Origin: Eledone cirrhosa
Lineage: Eukaryota
Reading direction: 5' to 3'
Length of the DNA stretch: 64,000 nucleotides
Assembly: GCA_964016885.1 (NCBI GenBank)
Contig: OZ024740.1
Location: forward strand, 281,604,001 to 281,668,000
A program made the translations under genes and the position numbers. A model generated the notes under the pieces. It saw only the letters and a program-made list of their open reading frames with translations, was not told where the DNA came from and made no database searches. Numbering within the stretch: position 1 is the stretch's first letter; each line of letters opens with the position of its first letter. Of this stretch, positions 44,409 to 56,968 are shown piece after piece.

Positions 44409-45447
44409 CATCAAAGAATCAATGCATTTTCAAACTAACACATGTTTCAGCCAATAAAACTATTCCAAAACATTCAGTATATTTGAATCTGAACCAGGAT
44501 TGATTCTAACTACATATGGCTTTTCATACGACTAAAAATAATTCTTTAACAATGTCTTTTATTTTTCTCAAGAATTTTTCTCAGGATTTCATCAATGAAA
44601 AACTACATTTAATCATGAATATAAGCTTGTAAATCTCTCACAAAACACACCATACCTGCGCAGACACCATAATCTAATTATAATTAAACTGCCTATTGAA
44701 GATAATGTCTCGCCTTTAATCTTGTGATTAAACTATAGATTTACCTCTAGTGAAGTAAATCTACAGTTCTTCTAGTGAGGTAAATCTATAGTTCTTCTAG
44801 TCAGGTAAATCTATAGTAGTCGGAGATTTCTCGTAATTTTGTATCTTCTTTGATGTTCTTGCTACTTCGAGTTGTTGTCGTCATCACTGTAATATATATA
44901 TGTGAGTTACAGACCTGTCATGGCCAACCTGCGGCCCGCGAAGCTTTCTGAATAGCTCGCCTAAGTCACCTAAGTGAAATCTTTCTGATTTTTTTACCCC
45001 AACTTTTAAGTCGTAATTTATCTTTTTATCATTTTTATGATCAAGGAAAACAACGTGTACGAATTCTGAAGAAACAAATCAAAACAACCTGAGTTACCGC
45101 ACTTTTTTAATGTGGGCACGAATGTAAATCAGCGCTTGTGGCCCGCCTGATGATGAGCCATATTTCATGCGGCCCGCTTCTCGAAAAAGTTGTCCATGCC
45201 TGTTATAGACCCATGTGAAATATTGATTTGCGAAAATAAACTCTGATGAATCCGATATCAAACCAATTCATGATGGTCTTAGTATAGAACCATAAATAAA
45301 ATCTTTGAAATAATATTATTTTTAATTAAAAAACAAACGAAAAATTGAAAGACCTGTAACTCGTATAGTTACAGGTCTTTCAATTTTTCAATTTTTCAAC
45401 TCCGGGATGAACATGTGTTAGTTTTAAAATGCATTGATTCTTTGGTG
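44409..45447. mobile_element. Two divergently oriented related pLTR-like sequences with long-helix-II hammerhead-like motifs
   Basis: ~38-bp inverted repeat 44409-44447 vs 45409-45447 containing GAA(A)CATGTGTTAGTTT. Confidence 0.6.
44915..45202. mobile_element. hAT-superfamily MITE, 288 bp
   Basis: TIRs CTGTCATGGCCAACCT / AAGTTGTCCATGCCTG; subterminal GCGGCCCG motifs; 8-bp TSD TTACAGAC / TTATAGAC. Confidence 0.8.
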
Positions 45448-45572
45448 GGTTTTATGAATAGTATATAACAGCTCTGCTATATACACATTGCATCGAGCCT
45501 ACAATCTTCTGGGAAAGTTTCAACTTAATAACAACAATATTATTGTTATTATTATTATTATTATTATTATTA

Positions 45573-46689
45573 CAGTTGCATTTATCTTGCTTTATGTTCA
45601 TACGAGTTATCACCAAGTCACAACCAGTGACCTCAAGAGACAACAAGGTCCGCCATGTTCAAGAAAAAACATACATACTCACACATGCATCTTTAGTGTT
45701 TAGACTTGTGATGTACTTATATTGACAGGATCTTCCTTAGTATATGGGCAGTTCCCATTAGTACTATCTTTTGTATTTCTCCTATACGCGGGTTTCCTGG
45801 GATCTGCGATAAGTAATCATTAGACCCCTTAGGTATCATTCCCAGAGCGCCTACAACCACTGGTATTGTTTTAGTTCTCAATTTCCATATATTTCCAATT
45901 TCTATCACCAGGTCCTTATATTTGCTCAATTTTTCAAATGTTTTTATAGATACATTCTTGTCTATTGGAACAGACATATCAATTAGCAGGCATACCCTCT
46001 TTTTAAAGTCCTTCAATATTATATCAGGTCTATTTGCATCTATTTTTCGGTCTGTTTGGATGCTAAAGTTCCACAAGATTGAGATGTGATCTTTTTCAAG
46101 TATGGGAGGTGGTTGATGCTCCCACCAATTCTTTTGATGGGGCAGGTCAGAATGCTTACACATTATCCAATGTATGTATTGTGCAGCTCTGTCATGCCTG
46201 TTTAGGTATTCGGTTGGAGCTATAGGACTGCACATTGAAATTATATGGTCAATGGTCTCTGGTTGTTTTTTGCATACACGGCATAATGGGCTGCATCCAT
46301 TTTTTATTATGTTGGCTTGGTAATTTTTTGTTGGCAGACACTGATCTTGTGCTGATATAATCAGTCCTTCAGTCTCCGATTTCAGTCCAGAGGATGCCAA
46401 CCACTGATGGGTTAAAGTTTTGTCAACATCAGGATTGTTAGCTCGCTCTGGGTATTTTCCATACAGAGGCTTTTCTTGCCATTTCTTAGCCAGTTTCTGT
46501 AGCAGTTCTTTCTTTGCAGTTACTTTTACCTGCTTTGCTTTTTCTGTGTTTTCCATTTCAGCAGTAAATGGGACGTCTGAAATTTGTAGTCCATTACTGT
46601 ATCTTTGTGCACCTTTTGTAATGGAATATGATCTTTTGATGATTTCGTGTTTCAAAACGAGTTTGATCATCCAATCATGTGATTCCCTT
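45573..46689 (-). mobile_element. R4/Dong-like RLE non-LTR retrotransposon, short 5'-truncated copy
   Basis: Near-identical to 46713-47827; (TAA)n on both sides. Confidence 0.9.
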
Positions 46690-46712
46690 ATTATTATTAT
46701 TATTATTATTAT

Positions 46713-48881
46713 TTGCATTTATCTTGCTTTATGTTTATACGAGTTATCACCAAGTCACAACCAGTGACCTCAAGAGACAACAAGGTCCGCCATGTTCAAG
46801 AAAGAACACACATATTCACACATGCATCCTTAGTGTTTAGACTTGTGATGTACTTATATTGACAGGATCTTCCTTAGTATATGGGCAGTTCCCATTAGTA
46901 CTATTATTTGTATTTCTCCTATACGCGGGTTTCCTGGGATTTGCGATAAGTAGTCGTTAGACCCCTTAGGTATCATTCCCAGAGCGCCTACAACCACTGG
47001 TATTGTTTTAGTTCTCAATTTCCATATTTTTCCAATTTCTATCTCCAGGTCCTTATACTTGCTCAATTTTTCAAATGTTTTTATAGATACATTCTTGTCT
47101 ATTGGAACAGACATATCAATTAGCAGGCATACCCTCCTTTGAAAGTCCTTCAATATTATATCAGGTCTATTTGCATCTATTTTTCGGTCTGTTTGGATGC
47201 TAAAGTTCCACAAGATTGAGATGTGATCTTTTTCAAGTATGGGAGGTGGTTGATGCTCCCACCAATTCTTTTGATGGGGCAGGTCAAAATGCTTACACAT
47301 TATCCAATGTATGTATTGTGCAGCTCTGTCATGCCTGTTTAGGTATTCGGTTGGAGCTATAGGACTGCACATTGAAATTATATGGTCAATGGTCTCTGGT
47401 TGTTTTTTGCATACACGGCATAATGGGCTGCACCCATTTTTTATTATGTTGGCTTGGTAATTTTTTGTTGGCAGACACTGATCTTGTGCCGATATAATCA
47501 GTCCTTCAGTCTCCGATTTCAGTCCAGAGGATGCCAACCACTGATGGGTTAAAGTTTTGTCAACATCAGGATTGTTAGCTCGCTCTGGGTATTTTCCATA
47601 CAGAGGCTTTTCTTGCCATTTCTTAGCCAGTTTCTGTAGCAGTTCTTTCTTTGCAGTTACTTTTACCTGCTTTGCTTTTTCTGTGTTTTCCATTTCAGCA
47701 GTAAATGGGACTTCTGAAATTTGTAGTCCATTACTGTATCTTTGTGCATCTTTTGTAATGGAATATGATCTTTTGGTGCTTTCGTGTTTCAAAACGAGTT
47801 TGATCATCCAATCATGTGATTCCCTTAGATATGTGGATAATCCAATTGTTGCAGTTTTTAACGCAATGTCTAACTGGATTAACCCACGTCCTCCTTCTTT
47901 CCTAGGGAGATATATTCTATCTATGTCTGCCTTAGGGTGATGCATTCTGTGCATGGTTAAGAATTTTCGGATTTTTGTATCGAGCCTACGGATCTCTGTG
48001 CTTGACCAGTTGATGACATTGTAACTGTAGGTTACTACTGGTATGGCAAGCGTGTTTATGGCATCTATCCTATTCCTTGCATTCAATTCCGTTCTTAAGA
48101 TTGCTCTGACTCTGCGGTAACATTCCTTCCTTATCCTTTCCCTCATTGTCGAGTGCTTGATTCCGTCTCTTTCACAAACACCTAGATATTTGTAAGTTTT
48201 TTCTTGATCAAGCTCTCTTATCACGTTCCCCCGATCAAGATTAATGTCTGAACTCTTCAGCAGCTTTCCTCTGGTGAACGTTGCTTTGGCGCATTTATCC
48301 AGTCCAAACTCCATTTTAATGTCATCACTGAACTGATTCACAGTGGATAATAGCCCTTGCAATTGTTCATCATTTTTTGCAAATAGTTTCAGGTCATCCA
48401 TGTAGAACAGGTGATTAATGGTTTTGTCATAGACTCTATATCCATGTTTTGTTTCATTGAGTATTTTACTTAATGGTATAAGTGCGATGCAGAATAAAAG
48501 CGGTGATAAAGAGTCACCCTGAAACATTCCACAATTAATGTTAACTTCTCCAGCTTCCAGTGATTTTGTTTCACTATTCAAAAGGAGTGTCGTTCTCCAT
48601 GTCCTCATACTGAATGACAAAAACCTCCTGACAACGGGGGATATTTTGAAAATCTCTAAACATTTTTCAATCCAACTGTGTGGCAAACTATCGAATGCTT
48701 TTTTATAATCTATCCAAGCAATCGATAGATTTTTGTGTCTATTATGACAATCTTCCAGTATCATTTTTTTAACCAGAAGCTGATCCTTACAGCCATATGA
48801 GCCTCGTTTACACCCTTTCTGCTCAATGGGAAATAGGTCATTTGTTATCAGGTTGTCATATGTGTATTCAGTTAGGACTGA
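46713..48881 (-). mobile_element. R4/Dong-like RLE non-LTR retrotransposon, 5'-truncated within RT
   Basis: Frame stays open up to the (TAA)n junction (VLTEYTYDNLITNDLFPIEQKGC..); (TAA)n on both sides. Confidence 0.9.
46854..48879 (-). CDS. RT + CCHC zinc knuckle + restriction-like endonuclease (partial)
   Basis: WIDYKKAFDS, FQGDSLSP, YMDD, YKYLG, GGRGL, CRVC..HIISMC, RHD, RPDI..D and K..KY motifs. Confidence 0.92.

Positions 48882-48944
<63 letters not shown>
48882..48944. repeat. (TTA)n tract between the Dong-like and Tx1-like elements
   Basis: Direct; similar tracts at 45540-45572, 46688-46712, 54590-54619 and 60649-60685. Confidence 0.97.
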
Positions 48945-51900
48945 GGCGACCTACGTAGTAAATCGTATCATCGTGAGCTCCGCAGAGGTTTGTTATTTCC
49001 GTTTGTTAAAAATTGCCATTTATGGAAAATGTTATTGTTAACTGTTTATAAGCGCACATACATTGTTTTCCGAAAAGGACACCCAAAAAGATTGGGCCTT
49101 GTGCCCAAAATTTAAACTTTTATGATTATCAAAATATTTCTTTGAAAAAAAATGGCTAATTCACCTCTGCGCCAAGCAGCTGAGATCCTTCCTGGCAAAG
49201 TAACACCTCACACCGACACCACCATTGTAAATATTACTACGTTTGCCAACACAAAAAATTTAATCAGTAGCAATATTTTAAATTTGTTTCAGACAGACAT
49301 TCATTTCCCGCCATTACCAAGGACTGCAGGTGTTAAAGTCGCCACCACCACCACCACTGCTACAAAAGGAAAAAATAAAGCAACTCGTGATGTCTAAATG
49401 TTCTCAACCAAAATGGACTCTTCCACACCGAACACCACTGACGTCACCACAACCACAACTGAAACTAAAATTAATAATAACAAAAATAACAATAACAACA
49501 ACAGCAACAATGACATTAAAAAAAACACCCTGAGTTTTGCCAGAGTAGCAAAACAGTGCGATGCATTTACGGTAACTCAGGAGGAATTAGAAAATGCCAA
49601 AAAAATGGTAAAGAAAGATGGGTACAGGGTTAGCCTCACCCCCACCCCCACCCCACCTAATAAAATGTAGCATCGGCGCCTATGCACCGTGTCGTATCGA
49701 ACAATTAATGTAAAATCGCGCCGAGTGAAACGGGCATCCGAGTCCCAAATCCAAAAAGCTTTGGGACATGTGTGGGCAAGAAAAACCCACATCAGACGTG
49801 GGCAGAAGTATGGAACCGTGGATGTGTTCTTTGAAACACCACAGGAGGCTAGAGAACACTCCATGGCCCCATTAAGAAGTAACGACTTCACACTCGTCCC
49901 AAGCTATTGTGGCCAGAGACTCGTAAAGATCAGGGTGACCCACGTTCCACCGGCCATCGAAATTCCCTGGATAATAGCGGCCGTCCTCGCCGGCATCGAA
50001 GCCAACACAAAGATAATAGCAATAGCAAAAGAAAAGCAGGAGAACTGGTCCGGAACTTGGATGGAGCTCCTGATCCAAGCGGACCAAAAAAGCATTGAGG
50101 AGATCCCGGAGGTAATAGACCTCACTGACGGCAGCCACCTCACCGTAATTGTCGAGGGCAGAAGGCCTAGGTGTGTCGTTTGTGGTGAAGGAACCCACCT
50201 AATGGCCTTGTGCCCTCAGGCTAAAAGATTGAGGTCACCTCTCCTACCCACCCAGTGACTCAACCATCAACACCACCAGTAGCAGAGATGGCAGCAACAA
50301 CAGAAGCAACTATAACAGCAACAACCCCAGCAACAGTAGCAAAACCACCACCACCACCACCAGCAAAACCAACACCACCACCACCTAACGCTTCAGAACT
50401 AGCACCAGCGCCTACACCATCCACCACGCCACAACCAAAACTAACGCCTATGGAGGATTTTCCACTCCCCGGCCTATCACAACTGGAGACAGATTGTGAC
50501 GACGAGGAGTGGGAAACGGTTTCAGGAAAAAAGAAAAAAAGAAACCAAAAAAGAAAAAATTCTCTTCCCTCCCCTCCAAAAACAAAATACTGAGGGAAAC
50601 AAATAAATTAACAAACAAAAAAGTTAGGACAGATATGCCACCATCCACACCAGCATCACCAACCCCATCACCCCAAACACCAACACCATCACCATCATTA
50701 ACCCCAACACCACCATCACCTACACCACAAAAGTCACCAAAATGCGAAACAGAAACAAACCCACAACAAACGCAAACAAAACAAAACAACCAAAACGATA
50801 CACACTACACAGCATTAAATTTGAACAACAAGCAATTATTACACTACATCCAACACAACACCAGCATCACAGAAAAAGACTACACAACGACCCAAAAATT
50901 CACACCACCTCCACACATACAAATCACTCGCATCACACAGAAAACGTACATGACACTAAAACAAAAATTCCCCAAAGACATCGGAGACTTCCGACAAGCA
51001 CTCTCCAGGAGGATTTATGAGGACATCCTTCCTGAGGAGGCCACAAGCAGTGAAAAGGATGGAAAAACCGTCCTTCCTCTACGAGAAGTAAGGTAAGTGG
51101 TCTTTCCCATCTTTTCCACTCCATTTCAACATGACCTCACTCAGAATATGCAGCATAAATGCGCGTGGCTTGGGGCCGTCATGGAACCAGGGCCACCTGC
51201 TCAAAGACCTCAGGACACTAAACATAGATGTAGTGGCCATCAGCGAGACCAGAATCTCCGAAGCACGGGCCTTCGCACCGATCTTCGGCGGCTACGATGT
51301 GTACGCATCTCCCAGCCGTCCGGGATCGGGGGGTGGAGTTGCTTGCTTTTTCGGAGAGGTTTGGATCTTGCCATACGGGCCATCTTCCTGGACCCAGAAG
51401 GTAAGTTGGTGGTGCTGGACGTGATCAGCGGAGACGGGAAAGCTTTCAGGTTAGTGGCCGTCTATGCCCCGACAGGAGCAGAGCGGCCTGATTTCTTCCG
51501 GCGTCTGGAGAGCTTTCTTGGAACGTCCCGCTCTTTAGTATTAGTGGGCGACTGGAACGGGATCTTAGATGCACGATGGGACTGTGTCGGATTAGTGGAT
51601 AACTGCTCAGGCGTTTTGAACTGTCTGACAGGTACCGATTGGATTTCCCGAATGTACCAATGTGGACTTGGACAAATTGCATAGGGTCATCCAGATCATA
51701 TCTAGATAGAGTATTTTGTAGGGAAATAGATAGGTCTAGCATAGGCTGTCCACAATTCAAGATAGTCAGCTACACGGACCACAAATTCGTGATCTGTGTG
51801 CTTGACTTAGATAGGCTTCATAGACGAGGACCCGGCTACTGGAAGCTAAACGCGTCCTTACCAGCGCGCATGGCCTACAGAGACCGGATTAGCGAACTAG

Positions 51901-54588
51901 TTAAGCGGGCGTTGACGGGGGCCATCGTCAACAACAAGTGGTGGTTTGCTCTGAAAATAGCAATTAGAATAGAGTCCATTAGGTTTAGTAAGGCTTTAGC
52001 AATAGAGAAAAATAGAGCAGAGGGAGAATTAGTTAGAAAATTAGACGAGGCGCTTTGCAAAGGCATCGCGACCGACGTACTTGCGGCGAAATTGGCCCTT
52101 GACCAATTCTTCAATGCAAAGCACGAAGGCTGCGTTGTCAGAGCTAGGGTGCGTGCTCTTAGACACGAGGGGAAGAAAGCCGTTCAGTGGGCCCGATTGG
52201 CGGAGGCGCGTCGTGGCAACAAAGCCACGATCCGGTCTTTGGTGGACCACGACGGGCGCATGCTACTCGATCCCGGGCAAATGTGTGAAGCTTTTCAACG
52301 ACACTTCACACAGCTGTTCGGGGGCAGCGGCGGGCCGGATCGAGGGATGGACTTAGTGTCTATCTCGACGGACTGCCGCGGCTCGCGGCCACCGAGGCGG
52401 TCTGTTGCGAAAAGCCGATAACAGCCGCTGAAGTACGGGAGGGAATGACTGGCTGCACAAGGGGTAAATCGCCTGGTGTGGATGGTCTGCCCTATGAACT
52501 TTACGTACAAATGCCAGACTTGTTCGGAGGCCTGTTGGCGGACGTCTACTGCAACTGGCAACAGAACGGGAGAATTCCCAGCTCTGTGAGCCGAGGAGCG
52601 GTGGAGCTGTTGAGAAAGGATCCGAACAAGGGGGATAACATAGATCATTTTAGGCCCATAACTCTGCTAAAGACAGAGTTCAAGATTTTGGCCAAGGTGC
52701 TAGCAAAGAGGTTGGCGCTTGTCGTTGGTGGTCTGGTGGGAGAGGCGCAGACATGCGCCATTCCCGACAGATCCATCCACGACAACCTCCACCTCATGCG
52801 ATACATCGTAGAGAGGGTAGCTAGGGAACCTGGCACGGGTGAATCTTTGATAAATTTAGATCAGTCGAAAGCTTTCGATAGGGTCGACCATCATTACCTA
52901 GCGGCAGTCCTGAGGGCGGCTGGCTTTGGGCCCGTCTTCAGAGGCTGGATCGCTGCCATGCACAGCGACATCTGCTCTGTGGTGAGAGTGAGCAGTCACC
53001 TTTCGGAACCGTTCAACATCATGCGCTCGGTCCGCCAAGGATGTCCCCTCTCGTCCCTCTTGTACGTATTGTCTCTCGAGCCATTACTGCACAAACTGGA
53101 AACGTTGAGGGGGTCCCGCGCGAAATAGGATGCGGAAGATCCGTGTCAGCATATGCGGACGATGTCACCGTAGTGGTGTCGAACGCCAAACATATCGAGG
53201 CGATCGGCACTACACTAAGAGAATACGAAGCGGTGACAGGAGCAATGATCAACCAGGAAAAGTCAGTGGGCCTGCAGCTCGGCACCTGGAGAGGCAGGTC
53301 CATGCCGTCTAACAGCGTCGTCGGGTGCTGGACGGACGGACCGGTTAAATTGCTAGGGATCTGGTTCGGTCCAGACCTCCAGACGGACAAAAACTGGGAC
53401 GAGGTGACGAACAGGGTGGCTTCTCTCACCCAGAAATGGGCCGAGAGGAAGCTATCCCTGAAAGGTCGAGCGGGGGTGGCTAACGCGTACATCGCGTCCG
53501 TCATCTACTACCGCCTGACCGTCGTACCTTGTCCTAAGCCCCGCCTGACTGCGCTGGAGCGTTTGCTCTTTCGCTTTTTGTGGAATGGACGCGCTCCGAT
53601 GGTCAGGCGGTACATCTGCTGTCAACACCCGCTACGTGGAGGGCTGGGCATGCCGTGGCTGATGATGCGCAGACACGCGCTCAGGCTACGACATCTCCAC
53701 CTCTTCCTCGACGGTGATCAGGTGTGGTCGCCGTTTGCTAGACACGTCTTTCCCCAGCTCGTCTCCTTGACGGAGCTGCAGTCCTGGGTGAAGCGAAGAC
53801 CGAGAGGGAGCGCTTGGAGACTGGAATGTCTTCAGGCGCTCACAGCCCTCGACCAATCGGGCAATGTGATCGGTGGAAACTCCACCTTGGCGTTCAATAG
53901 AGGATTAGTGGAGGGGAAGAGCGACGACGACTTGGAGAAACTCTACGCGTCGACGAAAATCAACTAGCCAATCTCTTCGGAAGGACTTTCGGGCCGGGGC
54001 CTATGGACAACTTCCAGAAATCCCTGGCCTGGCAGTGCTACCGGGGAGCTTTGCCAGTTCGGGATAAACTCTACAGGCATGGAGGTGCCGTCAGCCGGGC
54101 ATGTCCGAGATGCGCACAGGGCGACGAAACCGTCCTGCACGAGATAGTATGGTGGACACGTTTGAAAGGGCTGAAGACGAGCACTTACCTCTTCGGTGAT
54201 GCCCTGATTAACTTTTTCAAATTTCATTTAAAAGGAAAATAAGGGTAGAGAGGGAAGTGCTCTCTTCCCAGCATTTTGTTGAAAGATGGGTGATAGAGGC
54301 AAGAATGGCACGAGTGAATGGGCCTTCTCTGAGATTGTGTCTGTAAATTAAAGGTGGAAAACTGGGAGAGGGCACTTGCCCTGGTGGTCAGTGTCACTGT
54401 GGTCTTTTAATGGGCTTTCTCCACAAATGTCCCTCGGAAGTTTCCCCCCTATTGGGGAATTTATCTTTGTTATTTTATTACATCCTCTGTTTTTTTACAC
54501 GCAGAAATGCCCATTTGTACCGTCCTGTATTGTCCTGTACTGTCCTCAATGTCTACTTTATGTAAACCCTTGTGGTTAATAAAGAAAA

Positions 54589-54590
<2 letters not shown>
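48945..54590 (+). mobile_element. Tx1-like LINE copy A, apparently full span but inactivated
   Basis: ORF1 ~49398-51096 (stop and frameshifts; CVVC..H..C knuckle); ORF2 from 51131 (APE, RT YADD) with frameshifts and deletions near 51600 and 54140; (TTA)n on both sides. Confidence 0.92.
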
Positions 54591-54619
<29 letters not shown>

Positions 54620-54833
54620 GAATGCCATGGTTGACGGAGGCTCGGCTCTGTAAGGTATAGTAATTTTTAACCGTTAAAACAATTGTAAATTGTTTAGAAC
54701 TTGAACCAAATTGTTGATAAAGACACCCTCCTCCTCGTGAGAGGGGTCTTTCTGTCCGTTATTTGGCCCTTCGGGGTTAAATAACCAGTTATTGGGGTTT
54801 TGTACCCAATATTCATTTTAAACAAAAAACAAC

Positions 54834-56933
54834 ATGGCTACGAAAAAGAAATTTCATACGTCACTCCCACTCATTCCGTCTTCTTCTTCCTCAATCATCA
54901 CTACAGCAGAGAGAAGATTGTCTCTCTCCCTCCCTTCTTTAAATGTGTCTCTCTCCCTCCCTTCTCTTTCGCAAGTGACGAAAGAAAAGAAAAGTCTCGT
55001 GCAAAGCGTGCAAGGTTTCTCCACGACGACGACGACAGCGACGAAACAGGTGTGCGGGAAATACGAAAACCCAGTTCATTCGTCTGACGTCAGGAATAAT
55101 AGCAGTAGCAGCCGTAATAACAACAGCAACAGTGACCATGACAACAAAAGTAGTAGCCGCAACAGCATCACCAGCAGCATAAACAACAACAGCATTAGCA
55201 GCAGCAACACCAACAACAACCACAGCAACAGCGGCGGAGGCAGTAGTTGTAGTACCTGCAGCAACAACAAAAGCACCAGCAGCTCTGACGACAACAACAG
55301 CAGCAGCAGAGAAAAACCAATCTCATTTGCAGGTATTGCGAAAAACTTGGAAACAATCCTCATAACAAATGAGGAATTAGAGGAAGCGAAGAAGATGGTG
55401 ACAAAGAACGGACACCGAGCAATCTGCAAGGCAGCGGAAAAATTTTTCGAAACCCAAGAGCACTGTACGGTCACGTACCGTACAGTAAGTACAAAATCCC
55501 ATAGGGTGGAAAGAGCCACAGAGGCCCAAATACAAAAAGCCTTGGGGTCTGTGTGGCAGCGGAAAACGCACATCACCCGAGGCAAAAAATATGCCACCGT
55601 AGACGTACTTTTTGCCACACCCCAGGAGGCAAAGGCCCAATCAGTAGTGACCCTAAGGAGCGAGGAAATGGTGTTGGTGCCCTCCTACTGCGGGCAAAAA
55701 ATTGTGAGGGTCAAACTGACTCACGTCCCCCCCGGAATGACCCCTTCTTGGCTGGCCGCGTCTGTCCTCGTCGGAATCGAGGACAAAACAACTGTACTGC
55801 AAGTACAGAAAAAAGTAAGAGAAGATTGGGTCGGCTCCTCCATTGAGATGCTAATCCAAACCAACCAGGAGTGCATCGAAGCTATCCCGGATGTGATAGA
55901 CTTCGATAACGGCACTCAACTGCCCATAAGTGTTGAGGGCAAACGCCCGAAATGCTTTCGCTGTGGATCGAAGACTCACCTCAGGGCCTTCTGCAACGAG
56001 AAGACCCTGAGAAAGGAGAAAACCCCCCTCCTTCCGAATCCGGCTCCACGGCTACCAGCAACAGGACAAGCGGCAACCAGGAACGATAGGCCCGTGGCAC
56101 CCATACCCACTCCACGGAAATCAAAAACAGCAGCAGCAGTGGAAATATTAACAACAACAACAGCAATACCAAATGCAGCTGCAACAGAGACTCCAGTGCA
56201 AACATCACCAACAACAACAAGTGAAAGAGTGGAGCTGGTACCCCTCCCCGACCTCACAGAATCAGACATGGAGTGTGAGGTGGGAGAGGGATGGCAAAAG
56301 GTCGCAAGAAGGCACAAACGCAGAAGCAGCGCATCGTCGCCTTTGAAAAGGGAGGAAAGAAATGAGAAAAGGGTAAAGTCTACTGCAAAGAGACCCACAG
56401 CAGCAACAACACCAACACCATCACCACCCACACCAGCACCACCATCACCACCGGCGACAACCCCACCGCCAACAACACCTTCAACACCACCACCACAAGC
56501 ACCAACATCGCAAACACAACAACAAAACACACACACCCAGCAACAACGACAAGAAAATAGCAGAACCACACCCCACCCCCAGAAAAACAAATGCACGGCA
56601 ATAAATACACACAACAAGAAACTAATGACTTACATAATTGAACACACAGACATTTCACAACAGGACTACATAATACCAGCACCAATCAAAACGCCAACTA
56701 ACATAAGACTGCTAAAAATAGCACAGAAACAATACACAAACATTAAAACGAAATTCCCCAACGCAGTTGGTGATTTCAGGGACCTAGGAGGAACCATCAA
56801 TCGAAGAGTATATTCAGACATTCTCTTAGAAGAGCCGACGACCAGCCGAAGGGACGATTCAACGGTCCCTTCACCAGACGATCAAGTGAAAAGGGATGTA
56901 AAAACCATCCCTCCTCTACCAAAAGTACGGTAA
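54834..56933 (+). CDS. LINE ORF1 protein, 699 aa, with CCHC zinc knuckle and Asn/Ser- and Pro/Thr-rich regions
   Basis: ATG-initiated open frame; SFAGIAK, RRM-like core, VEGKRPKCFRCGSKTHLRAFC and WQKVARRHKRR. Confidence 0.9.
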   Translation: MATKKKFHTSLPLIPSSSSSIITTAERRLSLSLPSLNVSLSLPSLSQVTKEKKSLVQSVQGFSTTTTTATKQVCGKYENPVHSSDVRNNSSSSRNNNSNSDHDNKSSSRNSITSSINNNSISSSNTNNNHSNSGGGSSCSTCSNNKSTSSSDDNNSSSREKPISFAGIAKNLETILITNEELEEAKKMVTKNGHRAICKAAEKFFETQEHCTVTYRTVSTKSHRVERATEAQIQKALGSVWQRKTHITRGKKYATVDVLFATPQEAKAQSVVTLRSEEMVLVPSYCGQKIVRVKLTHVPPGMTPSWLAASVLVGIEDKTTVLQVQKKVREDWVGSSIEMLIQTNQECIEAIPDVIDFDNGTQLPISVEGKRPKCFRCGSKTHLRAFCNEKTLRKEKTPLLPNPAPRLPATGQAATRNDRPVAPIPTPRKSKTAAAVEILTTTTAIPNAAATETPVQTSPTTTSERVELVPLPDLTESDMECEVGEGWQKVARRHKRRSSASSPLKREERNEKRVKSTAKRPTAATTPTPSPPTPAPPSPPATTPPPTTPSTPPPQAPTSQTQQQNTHTQQQRQENSRTTPHPQKNKCTAINTHNKKLMTYIIEHTDISQQDYIIPAPIKTPTNIRLLKIAQKQYTNIKTKFPNAVGDFRDLGGTINRRVYSDILLEEPTTSRRDDSTVPSPDDQVKRDVKTIPPLPKVR

Positions 56934-56968
56934 GTGGTCTTTCCCATCTTTTCCACTCTATTTTAAAC

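Noticed and set aside
55976-56617. Antisense ORFs over the LINEs
   Set aside because: Shadows of biased sense-strand coding sequence.
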